From Raja brachyura (taxonomy: Eukaryota), in assembly GCA_963514005.1 (NCBI GenBank), contig OY740808.1:14570001-14634000 (forward strand): a stretch of 64,000 nucleotides of DNA, written 5' to 3'. This document shows, in pieces, positions 12,496 to 24,600 of the stretch. The translations under genes were made by a program, and so were the position numbers. The notes below the pieces were generated by a model that worked only from the letters and a program-made list of their open reading frames with translations, was not told where the DNA came from and did no database searches. How positions within the stretch are numbered: position 1 is the stretch's first letter; the number at the start of each line of letters is the position of its first letter.

Positions 12496-13094
12496 TTCAT
12501 ATGTCTAGTATCTGCAGTATTTTGCTGTTAGATTACACACAGCAGTAAGTGATCTCTTTAAAACATGAGGCCCTGATAGGGCTTGATAGGGTAATACCAT
12601 GAGCTGGTATTACTACTAATTTTGGGAGGTGTTCCAGTAATGGGACAGACTCAGGATGAAATGTAAAGCAGACAGAGTGAAGAGGAATTTTTCTCAGGGG
12701 TGTAGCTCTGAAGGACACACCCCTCTGAGGTAGCAAATTCCAGAGGTATTAGGCACAGGGCAAAAATATGAAACTGAAAACAAAACAAATAGAAACACCA
12801 GATACGATCTTAAAGAATGGCAGAGCTAGCTTGAGGTCACGGACCTACTCTTCTATTTTTGATTATGATCTGGACAGAAAGTTGGCTCTATATCAATTCA
12901 TTCCAACGTCTCAATCTGCATCCTGCCCATGGCCATCTAATCCTTGCTATTGTTGGGATCTAAAACGAACAATGTCAGCCCAACCCAATCACACCCATAC
13001 TGACCATTCAGTCCTGGGCCTCCTCCATTGCCAGTGAGGCCACACACAAACTGGAGGAGTAGCACCTCATGTACAGAAAACAAGTTTGCACGTT

Positions 13095-13510
13095 ATATAA
13101 GCAGAATTAGACTATCTGGCCCATCAAGTTTACTCCACTATTCAAACCATGGCTGATCTATCTTTCCCTCTCAACCCCATTCTCCTACTTTCATTTTATA
13201 ACCCTCGTCTCCCTTACTAATCAAGAATCTGTCAATCTTCCGCCTTAAAAATATCCATTGACTGCCTCCACGGCCATCTGGGGCAATGAATTCCACAGAT
13301 TCACCACCATCAGACTAAATAAATTCATCCTCATCTCCTTTCTAAAGGTACGTCCTTTTACTCCGAGGCTATGGCCCCTGGCCCTAGACTCTCCCACTAG
13401 TACCAATCTTCTCTCCACATTAATTATCCAGGTCTTTCACTATTCGATAAGTTTCAATTAGGTCCCCCCCACCTCATCCTTCTAAACTCCAGCGAGTGCA
13501 GGTCCAGTGT
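13095..13510 (-). mobile_element. CR1 LINE 3' fragment
   Basis: Reverse complement of the CR1 3' end (GAATTCCACAGATTCACCACC, CTAAACTCCAGCGAGT). Confidence 0.8.
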
Positions 13511-14199
13511 TGTTACTTCTGGAGCCTTATTGTTTGCCTATTATATGGTCTGGTTATCTTTCATCATTGCCTCTCTTCAGCTTTCCAATCTCCTAAAGAC
13601 AACAATGTTTTGTGCCTGCTGTTACTTCAAAAGAACCAATTGTCACCCAGCAGTTGCTGCATTTGGAGCTAGTTTACAAGTTGCACTTTCATTTATCTCA
13701 AAGTCCAGTGGAGGAATGAAGGTAACTTAAAAACTAACAGTGATTATAAGAAGAAAGTTACAAAATGTTTCCCAGACCAAGACATTTGATTTGTTTATCT
13801 ATTAACATTCCACCTCAGGGCAGTAGCTGGTCAGTCGCTTATCTGCTTTGTCCTTTAATAAAACCATGGCATATCAGATTATAAATACAACTCTACACTC
13901 CCATCTACTGGTAAACTTCCACCCCACCCCACCCACTCATCAACAATCTGCCTCAAAAATGCTTAGAGATTCTATTCCCCTGCCTTTTGAAGAATAACAT
14001 TTAAATGGTTCAGCAAAGAAAAATGCCCTTCATCTGTTTTAAATGGGCACCCGCTTATTTTTTAAGCATTGGCCTTGGAATACATGTCTACAGATCCCTG
14101 GACGTAAAGGACAGGCACATAAAGTGGTCAAGCCAAATGCTGGGCATTTCCCTTCACTAGCAGACACAGGATGCGAGACAAGGAAAGTTATACCAGGCA

Positions 14200-14490
14200 T
14201 AGTCATAGAGTCATAGTGATACAGTGTGGAAACAACTTGCCCACATGTCCCAGCTACACAAGCTGCCCACATTTGGTCCATATCCCTCCAAACCTGTCCT
14301 ATCCATGTATAAACGTTCGGTCAGTCCCAGCCTCAACCACCTCCTCTGGCAGCTTGTTCCATGCACTCACCATCCTTTGTGTGAAAAAGTTACCCCTCAG
14401 ATTTCTATTAAATCTTTTCCCCTTCTTCTTAAACCTATGTCCTCCGGTCCTCGATTTCCCTACTCTGGGCAAGTGACACTGTGCGTCTAG
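14200..14490 (-). mobile_element. CR1 LINE 3' end
   Basis: GKSRTGGHRFKKKGKRFNRNLRGNFFTQRMVSAWNKLPEEVVEAG; same subfamily as 1-320. Confidence 0.85.
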
Positions 14491-15609
14491 AAGTAGACGC
14501 AACACATGTTGGACAAGGGCTTGAGCACTGCATTTAGTTCTGGTCACCATATTATAGGAAAAGCATGAGTGGGCTGAAGAGGGTGTGGAGGAGATTTGCA
14601 TGGGTACAGCCAGGACTGGGGGATTTTAGCTATGAGAAAAGATTGCTTTGGCCGGAATCTCTGTCTTTAGATTAGCAGAGGCAGAGTAGACATAAATTAT
14701 ATGAAGGTGCCAGGACAGAGTAAATAGGAAGCATCTATTTCCCTTAGCAAGACGGGATTGTCCACAACTGAAGCAAAGCTACAGAAACTCCCCAAATATT
14801 CTTCATCAAAATGTCCACAGACACTCAGTCTTCCCCTCTAGTGGTTGGGAGGGGGTGAGATGGTGGTGGGGAGAAGTGAGATGGTTTAAAGGTGGGTAAA
14901 AAAATTGCCCGTTAAAACAACTTGCTGTGGAGAAAGATAATCAAGAGGGAGAGGAAAGGGACACTAGCGTTCTCAGTTGACTCAGCTATCTTATCTAAAT
15001 CTTAGGGGCGAGGAAAATGCAAATAGATCAGTTAAAAACAACAGGCAAGAGTTAGGTGCCTATAGACTTCAAGTTTTCACTCTGGATACAGAAGTTGAAT
15101 CAAATGATATTACATTCTTGCTTTGATTCCAGTACACCAGATTTTAAATGGATTAGTGTGACTGCAGAGGTAAGTTGCGAAATCCAAGTTAAAAAAAGTA
15201 ACCGTTGGGAAACAAAATAAAACTCTGGAGATTTATGACAAACTCAGGGACAGTCAACAAATCCCAGTGCGTGAAACAAGTAAGCAAAGATCTTTAAAAA
15301 ACAGAGGGCTGGCAAGGATCAGTTTAACAATGAAAAGACATTCCTTCTAAACCATTAAACATTAATCCCAAAAGATGTATGCGTGAAAATGAAAGGTCAC
15401 ACTCAGGTATGCATCAGTACAGGAGCCAGACAGGTCAGAAGGCACGTGTAAATGAGAATAAGAAGTATAAGCAAGCAGATAAAAATGTGCCACAAGTAGT
15501 TTACTGAAGGGGTTGGGGTAGAAGGGGTTGGGCCGTCACCTACTTAGGATCAAAGAAACATGTAATTATTTTTCTTAACTTTTAATGAATTAATAATTAA
15601 TTATTAACT

Positions 15610-15853
15610 GGGAGGTATGGTGGCACAGTGGTAGAGTTGCTGCCATACAGTGCCAGAGGCCCAGGTTTGATCCTGACTACAGGTGCTGATTGTACGGAGT
15701 TTGCACCTTCTGCTTGTGACCGCATGGAGCTCAGATTTCCTCCCACACTCCAAAGACGTACAGGTTTGTACGCAAATTGGCTTGATAGAAAATTGTAAAT
15801 TGTCCCTAGTGTGTGTAGAATACTGTTTCTGCGCTGTATCTCTAAATGAAACT
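15610..15853 (+). mobile_element. HE1-like V-SINE
   Basis: A-box GGTGGCACAGTGGTAGAG, B-box-like GGTTTGATCC, V-domain TTCCTCCCACACTCCAAAGAC. Confidence 0.85.
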
Positions 15854-17680
15854 ATCGGATGTGTGCCCATGTGCACAAAAACTGCCGAAAATCCTTGTTC
15901 TGAAGGAAGTTCACTGCTCTGAAATGTAAAATGTTTTTATCTTAAAAATGCTAATTGATCGGTCATGTTTTTGCAGCTATAAATTTTTCCTTCACTCTTA
16001 CGCCATTAGTTATATTTTGCTTTTGTTTTGCAAAGCTGGTGCAGAGCACAAGTGTTCAGAAAGGACAGAGGAATGGGAGCTTTATCACAGATGGAGTGCA
16101 ATGGAGGAAGTTGTGCAGTCATATAATCTGCTGTACATCCAGTTCTAGACATCGCACCTCAGCAAAGCTACAATGGCAAGACATGGTCTGCGGTACAGAT
16201 TCCTAGAATGATACAAAAGCACGAGATTAGACAGATTACGACCCATTCACTTGGGTTTAGATGCCAAATTTATAGGAAAAACTCTCCTCAATTCCCAATA
16301 ATTCTCAAACTAGAGCCAAGAACAAAACTAGGATGAACGTTTCAGATAGAGACTGTACAAATTAGATCCTTTGTTCTTCCAAAAGGTTGCAGACACAAGT
16401 CAAACCATAAATTAACATTATAGGAGCAGAATTAGGACATTCGGCCCATCAAGTCTACTCCGCCATTCAATCATTCCCTCTCAACCCCTATTCTCCTGCC
16501 GTCTCCACATAACCCGACACCCGTACTAATCAAATGATTGGTGATTTAATTATTTTACTCTATGTTAAAGTTAAGAATAATAAATGCTTCTCGGACAATA
16601 AGCTTATAACGGCTGGATATACTTTGCACAGAACATTCTCAAGACGGATTTATGTCAGCAGATGTTATTTATGTTACCGTGGAGCATTTTCCACATGTTA
16701 TTTTGAACTGTGGGGCACTTCTGAAGTTTATTGGACTGGATTATCTGTAAGGGCCCCATCTTTATCTGTTCAATGGCAAGGACACATTTTTATGACTTTA
16801 TTTGGCACGACCAAGAATGAAAAGATTTGTACTTTATAAACTACAATTGAGGGGCTGCCTGTTGGGTAGGTTTGTTGACCACGGCTTTGCACCTATCCCC
16901 AATAATTATGACCTCCCTCACCAACCTGGTGCGTTTTGAGATTGTCTTGTCTATTTTCTGAATGTCCTGTCCATCCCATGTTGCATCATGCCCCTATCAT
17001 TGTTACACTTATCAATTTTCTCTTTTCCTTATTCATTGATGTGGCAAAAATGGAGAATAGTTTATGATAGGTCCACATCAGCTTACAATATCCTTTTACA
17101 AAGATGTATGCAGCCAAACCCTTGCTTTTCAGATTAATCAACTGAATCATGTTCCTCTTTGTGACTTGCAACACATGCTGGTCAGGTCGTACCAGAAGAA
17201 TTGATAGGGTGTGGGCATGCAAAGATGAGGGGCCATGATGGTAATTGAGATACAGAGCAGGTTAAGGCCCAACCACATGGCTTCCGTCTGTTCACATTCA
17301 ACGTACTTCACACCCATACAAATTTGTATCGGCAGGGATGGATATAGGGAGGGGGGTAAGAACGGGCAGAAGGGGTAAATTGGCTGCAACAAGCTACAAG
17401 CAACTTAACACCACACTGCCCTGTGAAGCAGTTGGAAACAACGCCATTGTAAGTCTAAACATCCTACATCCAACCCGATCAGATCCTGCTTTTTGCAGAT
17501 GCCAACGCCTCCAGTTACAACAGGATCATCTCTGGTGCAAAGGAATTTTAGAGAATCTTGTGTACACACTGGTTCGCCCAACAGTCACTGATCAGCCAGA
17601 TCTCCCAGAAGACAAAAGACAAGACCAACACAGCCAATCTCCAACAACTCCTGCTCACTGCAGTCGGGTTGGGTTCTCAC

Positions 17681-18298
17681 CTGGTTACTGCCTGGATTCC
17701 CAACTGATTGTGGCCTGCTCTGCCGAACTAGAGAGTGGTTCTTCCCCACTGCCCCTGCTCTCTTCCTCTGCTCCAATCCAAATTCCCTGGATAACCTTGC
17801 ACTCGCTTGCTTCCTGCGGTTAACACGAGATTCCGGTCTTCCTTCGCTCTCGGCCAGCAGCTCGCTCTTCCTGGGTTTGAGATTGTGCCTGCTGTTCCCG
17901 CTGACTGGTGATCCGACTAGCCCGAAGTTCGCTACCCTGCGGTAGTTCAGTTTCCGGACCGTCCGCCCGCTGGACTTGAGGCTGTGGGTTCGGGGTGCGG
18001 GTGCTGGGTCAAGGGGCTTGCACTGGACCGAGGTCCGGGTCACTCTCTTACACTGAAGGTCCTGGGGAAGGAGACGGAAAGCAGCCTCCGACAGGGATAC
18101 CTGCTGATCCCGCTCAACATGCCCATGGAGCGGTGGGAGACCTTCTGGCTGCAATGGCCTGTTATGGACAGGCATTCTGGTCACTCTCCTGCTCCGAAGT
18201 CTTATGTACAGCTCTTGTGCCAGGAGAAACGAGGCAGCGTCGGACGTGGGCAGCTGCTGCCCTCTGCTCACACCTCCGCCTACAATAGCTGAAAGCAT
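17681..18298 (-). CDS. PRR14L: PRR14L-like first coding exon (206 codons; exon 17681-18405 including 5' UTR)
   Basis: Acceptor ttttattttttatag| at 18405; ATG at 18298 (GGAGTC-ATG-C) giving MLSAIVGGGV..LLAQELY..LPQDLQ, similar to the recalled PRR14L N-terminus MLSSGV..VVQELY..LPLELQ; donor CAG|GTGAGA, phase 0. Confidence 0.75.
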
Positions 18299-18529
18299 GA
18301 CTCCTCTAACTGGACGCACACTTTGAGGACGTGGGGAGGCAGGACAGAGGGGGCAGAGGTTTACAACTCGTAGATGTTTTAGGCACTCATTTAAAACAGC
18401 AACACCTATAAAAAATAAAAAATAAAACTGTAGAATAACTTAAAATGCTTCCTCATTCTCTGCTAAGCATTATTTTACAAAAAAAGTGTATCCACCCAGA
18501 CATGGCTAGAATTTCCAAAAGAGCTAAAA

Positions 18530-18950
18530 GGACTAAAGGCACAAAATGGTGGAGTAACTCAGCAGGCCAGGCAGCATCCCTGTAGAACATGGATAGAGGA
18601 CGTTTCGGGTTGGGACTCTTATTCAGACAGAATGCAAGGATGGGGCTGGGAGTAGGGCCTGGAAAGTTGGGAGGAGGGGCAGGGCAAAGCATGGCAAGTC
18701 ATAGGTCAGCACAGGCGAGGGGGTTTTATGATAGGCCGATGGTTGGACAATGGCTAGAGATGAAAAAAACGGTGAGAGAAAAGGATTGAAAACGTCACCT
18801 ATCCATGTTCTCCAGGGATGCTGCCAAGTTTCTACCAAGAACAAACTGCTGGAGGAACTCAGCAGGTCGAGCAGCATTTGTGGCTGGGATGTGGGAGTAA
18901 GTGGGGAAATGGTGACGTTCAGGTCAAAACCCTGCATCAGGACAGAGTGG
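18530..18950 (-). mobile_element. Penelope-like element 3' terminal fragments (two adjacent)
   Basis: Short-repeat family sequence plus pyrimidine-rich (minus-strand) UTR; hammerhead-like cores at 18599-18626 and ~18913-18941. Confidence 0.6.
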
Positions 18951-20049
18951 GGAGTAGGGGGCGGCACAGTGGTTCTGCAGGTGGTGGGGCTACCTCACAG
19001 CTACGAGAACTGGGTTTGATCCAAACTCCAAGTGCATCTTCATGGAGTTTGCATGTTCTCCTCGCGATTGCGTAGGTTTCCCCACGTGGGTTTGCTCCAA
19101 CATGCCATAGACACGTGGGTTGGTAAGATAACTGGTCGCTATGAATTGCTATCAATGGCTGTCTTTGTCTTTAGGAAATAACAATAATCAGCAATACTTT
19201 GAATGTAACTACCAATGAGAAACATTGGATCAAAGGTAGTCAATGATGACCACTGTTGGCCAATGTCAACCAGTTTCAGCCAATCTCGAGAAGTAAATTT
19301 ACTCAATTAACAGAACAGCAACAATGAATTTACCAGATCTCTAGATAATTACCGCACTGCTCGAGATACTGCGATCTGAAGCCACAGATTTCCAAGGCCG
19401 AGTTCCAAATACCAGCTACCCACTGAGCCAAGCCTGGTGCTTCAGTGCCATCTTGACGTAGAATGGACGGTTCTTCAACTACAATCCTCCAATAGATATC
19501 AGGCAAGGACCAGAACTGGGGAATGGAGGTGGGAAGAAGATGATCAGTTTGGAGAAAGCCACTTAAATCTGTATTGAGCTCGTCCCCAAGGTTTGCTTTC
19601 GCAACATGCAACATGCAAGATCACGGACGACCCCTCTACCCCTATTCAGTCATGTGCAAGGTGCAGGCACACTACATTTAGACAACCCGTTCAGCATCAA
19701 CTGCAAGCAGGCAAATTGAATCCTTAGAAGGAAATACTCAACAGGTCAGCCGACAATTGCGGAGAGTTCAGGTCTAAACCAAAAATAGAAAATACTGGAA
19801 ACACTCAGGTCAGGCAGCATTTGCGGGAGAGAACCGGGGTTAAAACTTTAGGTCAACCATTTCCCTTTCTACAGATGCTGCTTGACTTGCCGTACATTAC
19901 CAGCACTCAGTTTTTAAAAATCAGATTTTCAGCATCTGCACCTTTTATGATTTTCATTCACATTTCAGATCAACGCTCTTTTCACCACACGCAGGCAGGC
20001 ACTAATGAAACGATAACCCTTAAAGATAAATTCAGATTCTTTCAGAATT

Positions 20050-21600
20050 AATGGACGTTCTTTTAGGAAGGAGAGGAAGAATTTCTTTAGTCCGCGGGTG
20101 GTGAATCTGGAATTCATTGCCATGGAGGCTGTGGAGGCATATTCAGTGGATATATTTAAGGCAGTGATAGAGTCTTGATTAGTACGGGTGTCAGAGGTTA
20201 TGGGGAGAAGTCGGGAGAATGGGGTTCAGAGGGAGAGATAGATCAGCCATGCTTGAATGGCAGAGTTGATCTGATGGGCCGAATGGCCTAATTCTACTCC
20301 TCTTATGATCTTATGAAACGTGGAAAACAGGCTACACCTAAACACTAGTTTCATGTACACTTTTTAAACACCATCGCTTTCTAATTCCAAATAGTACAAA
20401 AGCCTCAAGAGAGCTAAATTAATGTGTTCAAGTCCAAATTAATTAGTGTTCTATTAACTTGATCAAGTCTTTTTTTAAAGGAGGCAATGAAGATGATTGA
20501 TGAGGATGCAGCACTGGATGTTGTCTCCGAGGATTTTAGCAACACATTTGATAACGTCTCCGATGGTTGGATGATCTAGAATAAGATGGGCCGAATTACC
20601 AGTGAAATGGGTGCATGGATTCAGAATTGGTTTACTGATAGAAGGGATAGATGGAGGGACAATATTCAGGCTGGAGTTCTGTGACCAGGGATCTGTACAG
20701 GTCATGTATCTAAATTACTTGAATGTAAAAGTAGATGGGTTGGTTAGCAAGTTTGGAGTAACCCCCAGATTGCTGGGGTCACAGACTGTGAGGAAGGCTG
20801 TCACAGTATATGTGGGATATAGATCAGCTACAGAAATGGCAGATGGAGTTTAATCCGAGCAAGTGCGAGATGTCGCACTTTGGGAGATCAAATGAATGTG
20901 GAAAATATGTAATTAGTGGCAAGACCCTTATCAGCATTGTACAGATAGATCTTGGGGTCCAAGTTCACAACTCCCAAAAGTGGCAACGCAAGTAGATAGA
21001 ATGTGAATAAGGCATTGCGATGTGCTTGCCTTCTTTGATTGGGGCACCGAGTGCAGTCAGGAAATCATGATGCAGCTTTATAAGACTTTGGTTAGGCCTC
21101 AACTGGAGTATTGCTTGCAGTTCTGGTACCCCAAAAGACAAAGGATGGGGATGCTACGGATAGGATGCAGAAGAGGTTTATCGGAATTATGTCTGGATTA
21201 GGGAATCATTAGCCAAGTGAGAGGTTGGACAGCCTTCGATCGTTTTCTCTGAAATTATGAGAGGCGTGGATGGAGTAGAGTAGTGAGAACCTTTTCCCAG
21301 GATGAAAACATCAAATACTAAAGGACAAAGCTTTAAGGTGAAATGGGCAAAGTTTAAAGGAGTTGTGCAAGGTAAGTTTATTCATTTTTACACAGAGGTT
21401 GGTGAGTGCCTAGAAAATGCTGCTTGTGGTAGTGGTGGAGGAAGATACAATAGCAGCATTTAAGCCATACATTTGGATAGGCACATGGGTATTCAGGGAA
21501 TGGAGGGATATGGATTATGTGCGAGCAGATAAGAATTGGTCTTGACATCATGCTCAGCAGACGATGTGGGCCTGTCCCTGTGCGGTATTTGTCCCATGTT
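20050..21600 (+). mobile_element. Two CR1 LINE fragments (20050-20320 3' end; 20470-21600 decayed RT to 3' end)
   Basis: WQMEFNPSKCEMSHFGRSN, LYKTLVRPQLEYCLQFWYP motifs and CR1 tail. Confidence 0.85.
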
Positions 21601-24600
21601 CAGTATATGCTCTAATCTCCATTTCATTCTTGGTGATAGAACAAGGCAACCCGACTTCAGGTCAGATTTAAATTAAAATGAGAGATCCTCATTAAAATCT
21701 GATTCTAGAAAACACTCAAAATCTAAACAATCTAAATGAATTCTGCTTCAAACTGACTGCTTACTGCGAGATAGCCACAAAGTGCTGGAGTAAGTCAGCA
21801 TTTCCAGAGAAAAAGGAGGTGGGACGTTTCAGGTCGGGACAAGCTGGTGAATGGATATCGGCTCCAGTCAACCAGCCTCAGATTGCAATACTGAAACTAT
21901 CCATTTCCATCTTTAGAAAGCATTTAATCCACTCGTGATCGCAACATAAAATGAAAGGTGAAATGCACAGCAGACAAATATAGTGTAATAAGGATAGATC
22001 AATGAGCAGTCAAGGGGACTACATGCAGATGAGTGGGGAACAGCAAATCCACAACAGTCTAGCTGACGTGGAAAGAGATACAAGAAAACTTGGCAGGCCA
22101 TCATTAAAGGCAACATATCGTTTGGAAATCTCAAGCAACGATAGTCAGGAGTCGGTTTTTCTATCAGCATCATGTATTATACAGCGAGCAGTCAAGGCAT
22201 TCATTGGAAAACAGAGCAAGGTTGAGTCTTGTTAAGGGACCGAGGCAGAGGCATTTGGAAAAAGCATTTGGAAAATAGATTTGCAAACCATCTATGGAAA
22301 CTGTGCAGCTAGGAAATCATAAACAGTAACTAATACTTCTAAGTCTTAAATATTTCAATAGACCAGATAGTTTCAGACAAAAAATAATTGTTATATGGAT
22401 ATCTAGCAGTGATTGCCCCTTCCTGAACTACCATGGGGAGGGGCATCATTTTGAACCTCTGCAGTCACATAATACCCTGCAGGTAGGAATGTCTGGATTT
22501 TTAAATCCGACAAAGGAATAAAGTGAAACTTTGATAATTCAGCCTACTGGGTGCCACCAGACAGGCAGTTTTTCCTGGGGATTATTGAGGAAAAGGGATT
22601 AACATTCAACATATTTTTATTAAATCTAAAAAAAAGGCATGCAGCTTTACAATAAAATTGACCTGTGAACCCAGCTAGTTAAAAGAGCCTGAAAAAAACA
22701 TCACCTGGATCAGGTTTCCAAATAGTCCAATAAAACATTTTACTGTAGTGTTACATTTTCAACACAGATTAAGCGGTCGGGGAATTTTCACATCCCCACT
22801 GCGTCCACACATGAAGCAGCACAGATTTGGGGGCCGCTGGTGCAGTTTAACTGCTGTATTATATTCTACAGGCTGCACACAGTGGAGGAAGCAGGAGTTT
22901 AAGATGGTAGACAAGGAGATATGGCTGCCTGGCCTGGATGGGTTGCAGTCAGAGTCATCAAGATACATGACAATGTTTCCTTGATGTTTCCCTCCAGTGA
23001 TGGAACCTTTCCACGTATCTTGATAAATCAGTCTGCAACCCATCCAGGCCTTTTGCTGCTGCTGCAAAAAGGCTCTGGGGATATCAGGGAGGTATCTGAC
23101 CCGCTTCTTGAAAAATTCAGTAGAACTCCAAAAATCCAGAATTTTAAATGGCTCAGAAAATCTACCGGTTTGACTAAGGTCTGATCATACCGAATTTATG
23201 TTTTATCGCATGTGGTTGATTCAGGCAAATCCCGATCAAAAGCAGCCACCAGGATGTCAGGTTCACCCATCTTTAAAGGTAAAGATCAATGCAATTCCAT
23301 GGCGAACAGAAATAAAAACAGAAAACACTGGAGAAAACACAGCAGATCCAGCCGCACGTGTTGGAAGAGAAATAGAACCCACATTTCAAGTCAAAGACCC
23401 CTGGACAGATGTGGGAATGGGACAACAGGACTTCAGAGCTGTGGGGAGGGTGGGGCTGTCTTGGATAGGGGATGGAGAGGGGAGAAGAATCAGCAGCAAC
23501 CAAGGTTAACCGGTCAATGGGTGGATGGTCACGACTAGAGAGCGGGAACACATGCAAAATAACACAGTAGTTGCCATAAGCAGAGCAGGAAGAAATTCGC
23601 AGCAGGTCAGCCTGGTTTCTCCCTTCTCTCCCACAAAAGAAAAATGGGAATATCCAGGATCAAGCAGCATGGCTAGTTGAGACCATCCATTACAAATTCT
23701 CCTCCCCGCATCAACGCTTTGTGCCTGTGGTGTACATCTATAACATGCACTAGGGTAATACACGGCTTCTTCAACTGAACCTCCCAGGTCATAGAGTCAT
23801 ACAATCACACAAGGAAACACGCCCTTCAGCCCAACTTATCCATGCCACCAAGCACGTCCCGTTTGCCCATTATTGACCCATTACCCTCCAACCATTTACC
23901 TTCCCAGATATATTTTCAATGTTATTGTACCTGCATCAACCACTTCCCCTAGAAGCTCATTCTATGTACATGCCACTCTCTAAGTGGAAAAGACCCCTTG
24001 GATTCCTATCTGTGCCCTCTAATGTTAGACTTATGCCCTCAAGTTCACAATATGCTCTTACAGACTCCCCTGCAATATCTCCCAAGCCACGATCTGTACC
24101 ACCACGGAGGACTGGACAGCAGGCAGACAGACATCTCACCACCTCCAACTGACCCAAAATCCCAACCCAGAAACGCAAAGATCAGGATCCAAGTACAAAA
24201 ACTCAAGTCATGGCCTGGTGTGTGTCCTTTTACAGAGGACTATGGCTCATGGTCGCTTGCTGCCAGGGCAATTGAAGATTGGCAAGAAACACCAACTTGG
24301 TCAGAGGTGATCACATCTCGCAGGTGAATAATAAAAATACTGAGCTTTGCCACCCAGGATCAGAATGCTCATAAAGCCAATTCCACCTGTTCATTCCATT
24401 GTGGTCCACAAAAGGTGTGAACAGCACAGTTGATTGTGGCCACTGTACACCTGCTGACTTTTATACCTGTAATCGGGGTTCAGGTTCCCCACCTGTGGCA
24501 CAGATTAGGATCGGTGGCAGAATGAAGGATATGACAGTTTACATTTGACAGTTGACAGTTTAGCGGGTTTACAACTCTTCGTGAAATATTGCTTATGACA

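Noticed and set aside
12102-12500. (RNSFFPS)n repeat protein or CRISPR-like array
   Set aside because: Head-to-tail repeat without spacers, derived from a LINE fragment, in a eukaryotic intron
19330-19614. 94-aa minus ORF with donor-like ends
   Set aside because: Upstream of the likely start codon exon, no family motif, partly resembles a decayed SINE head
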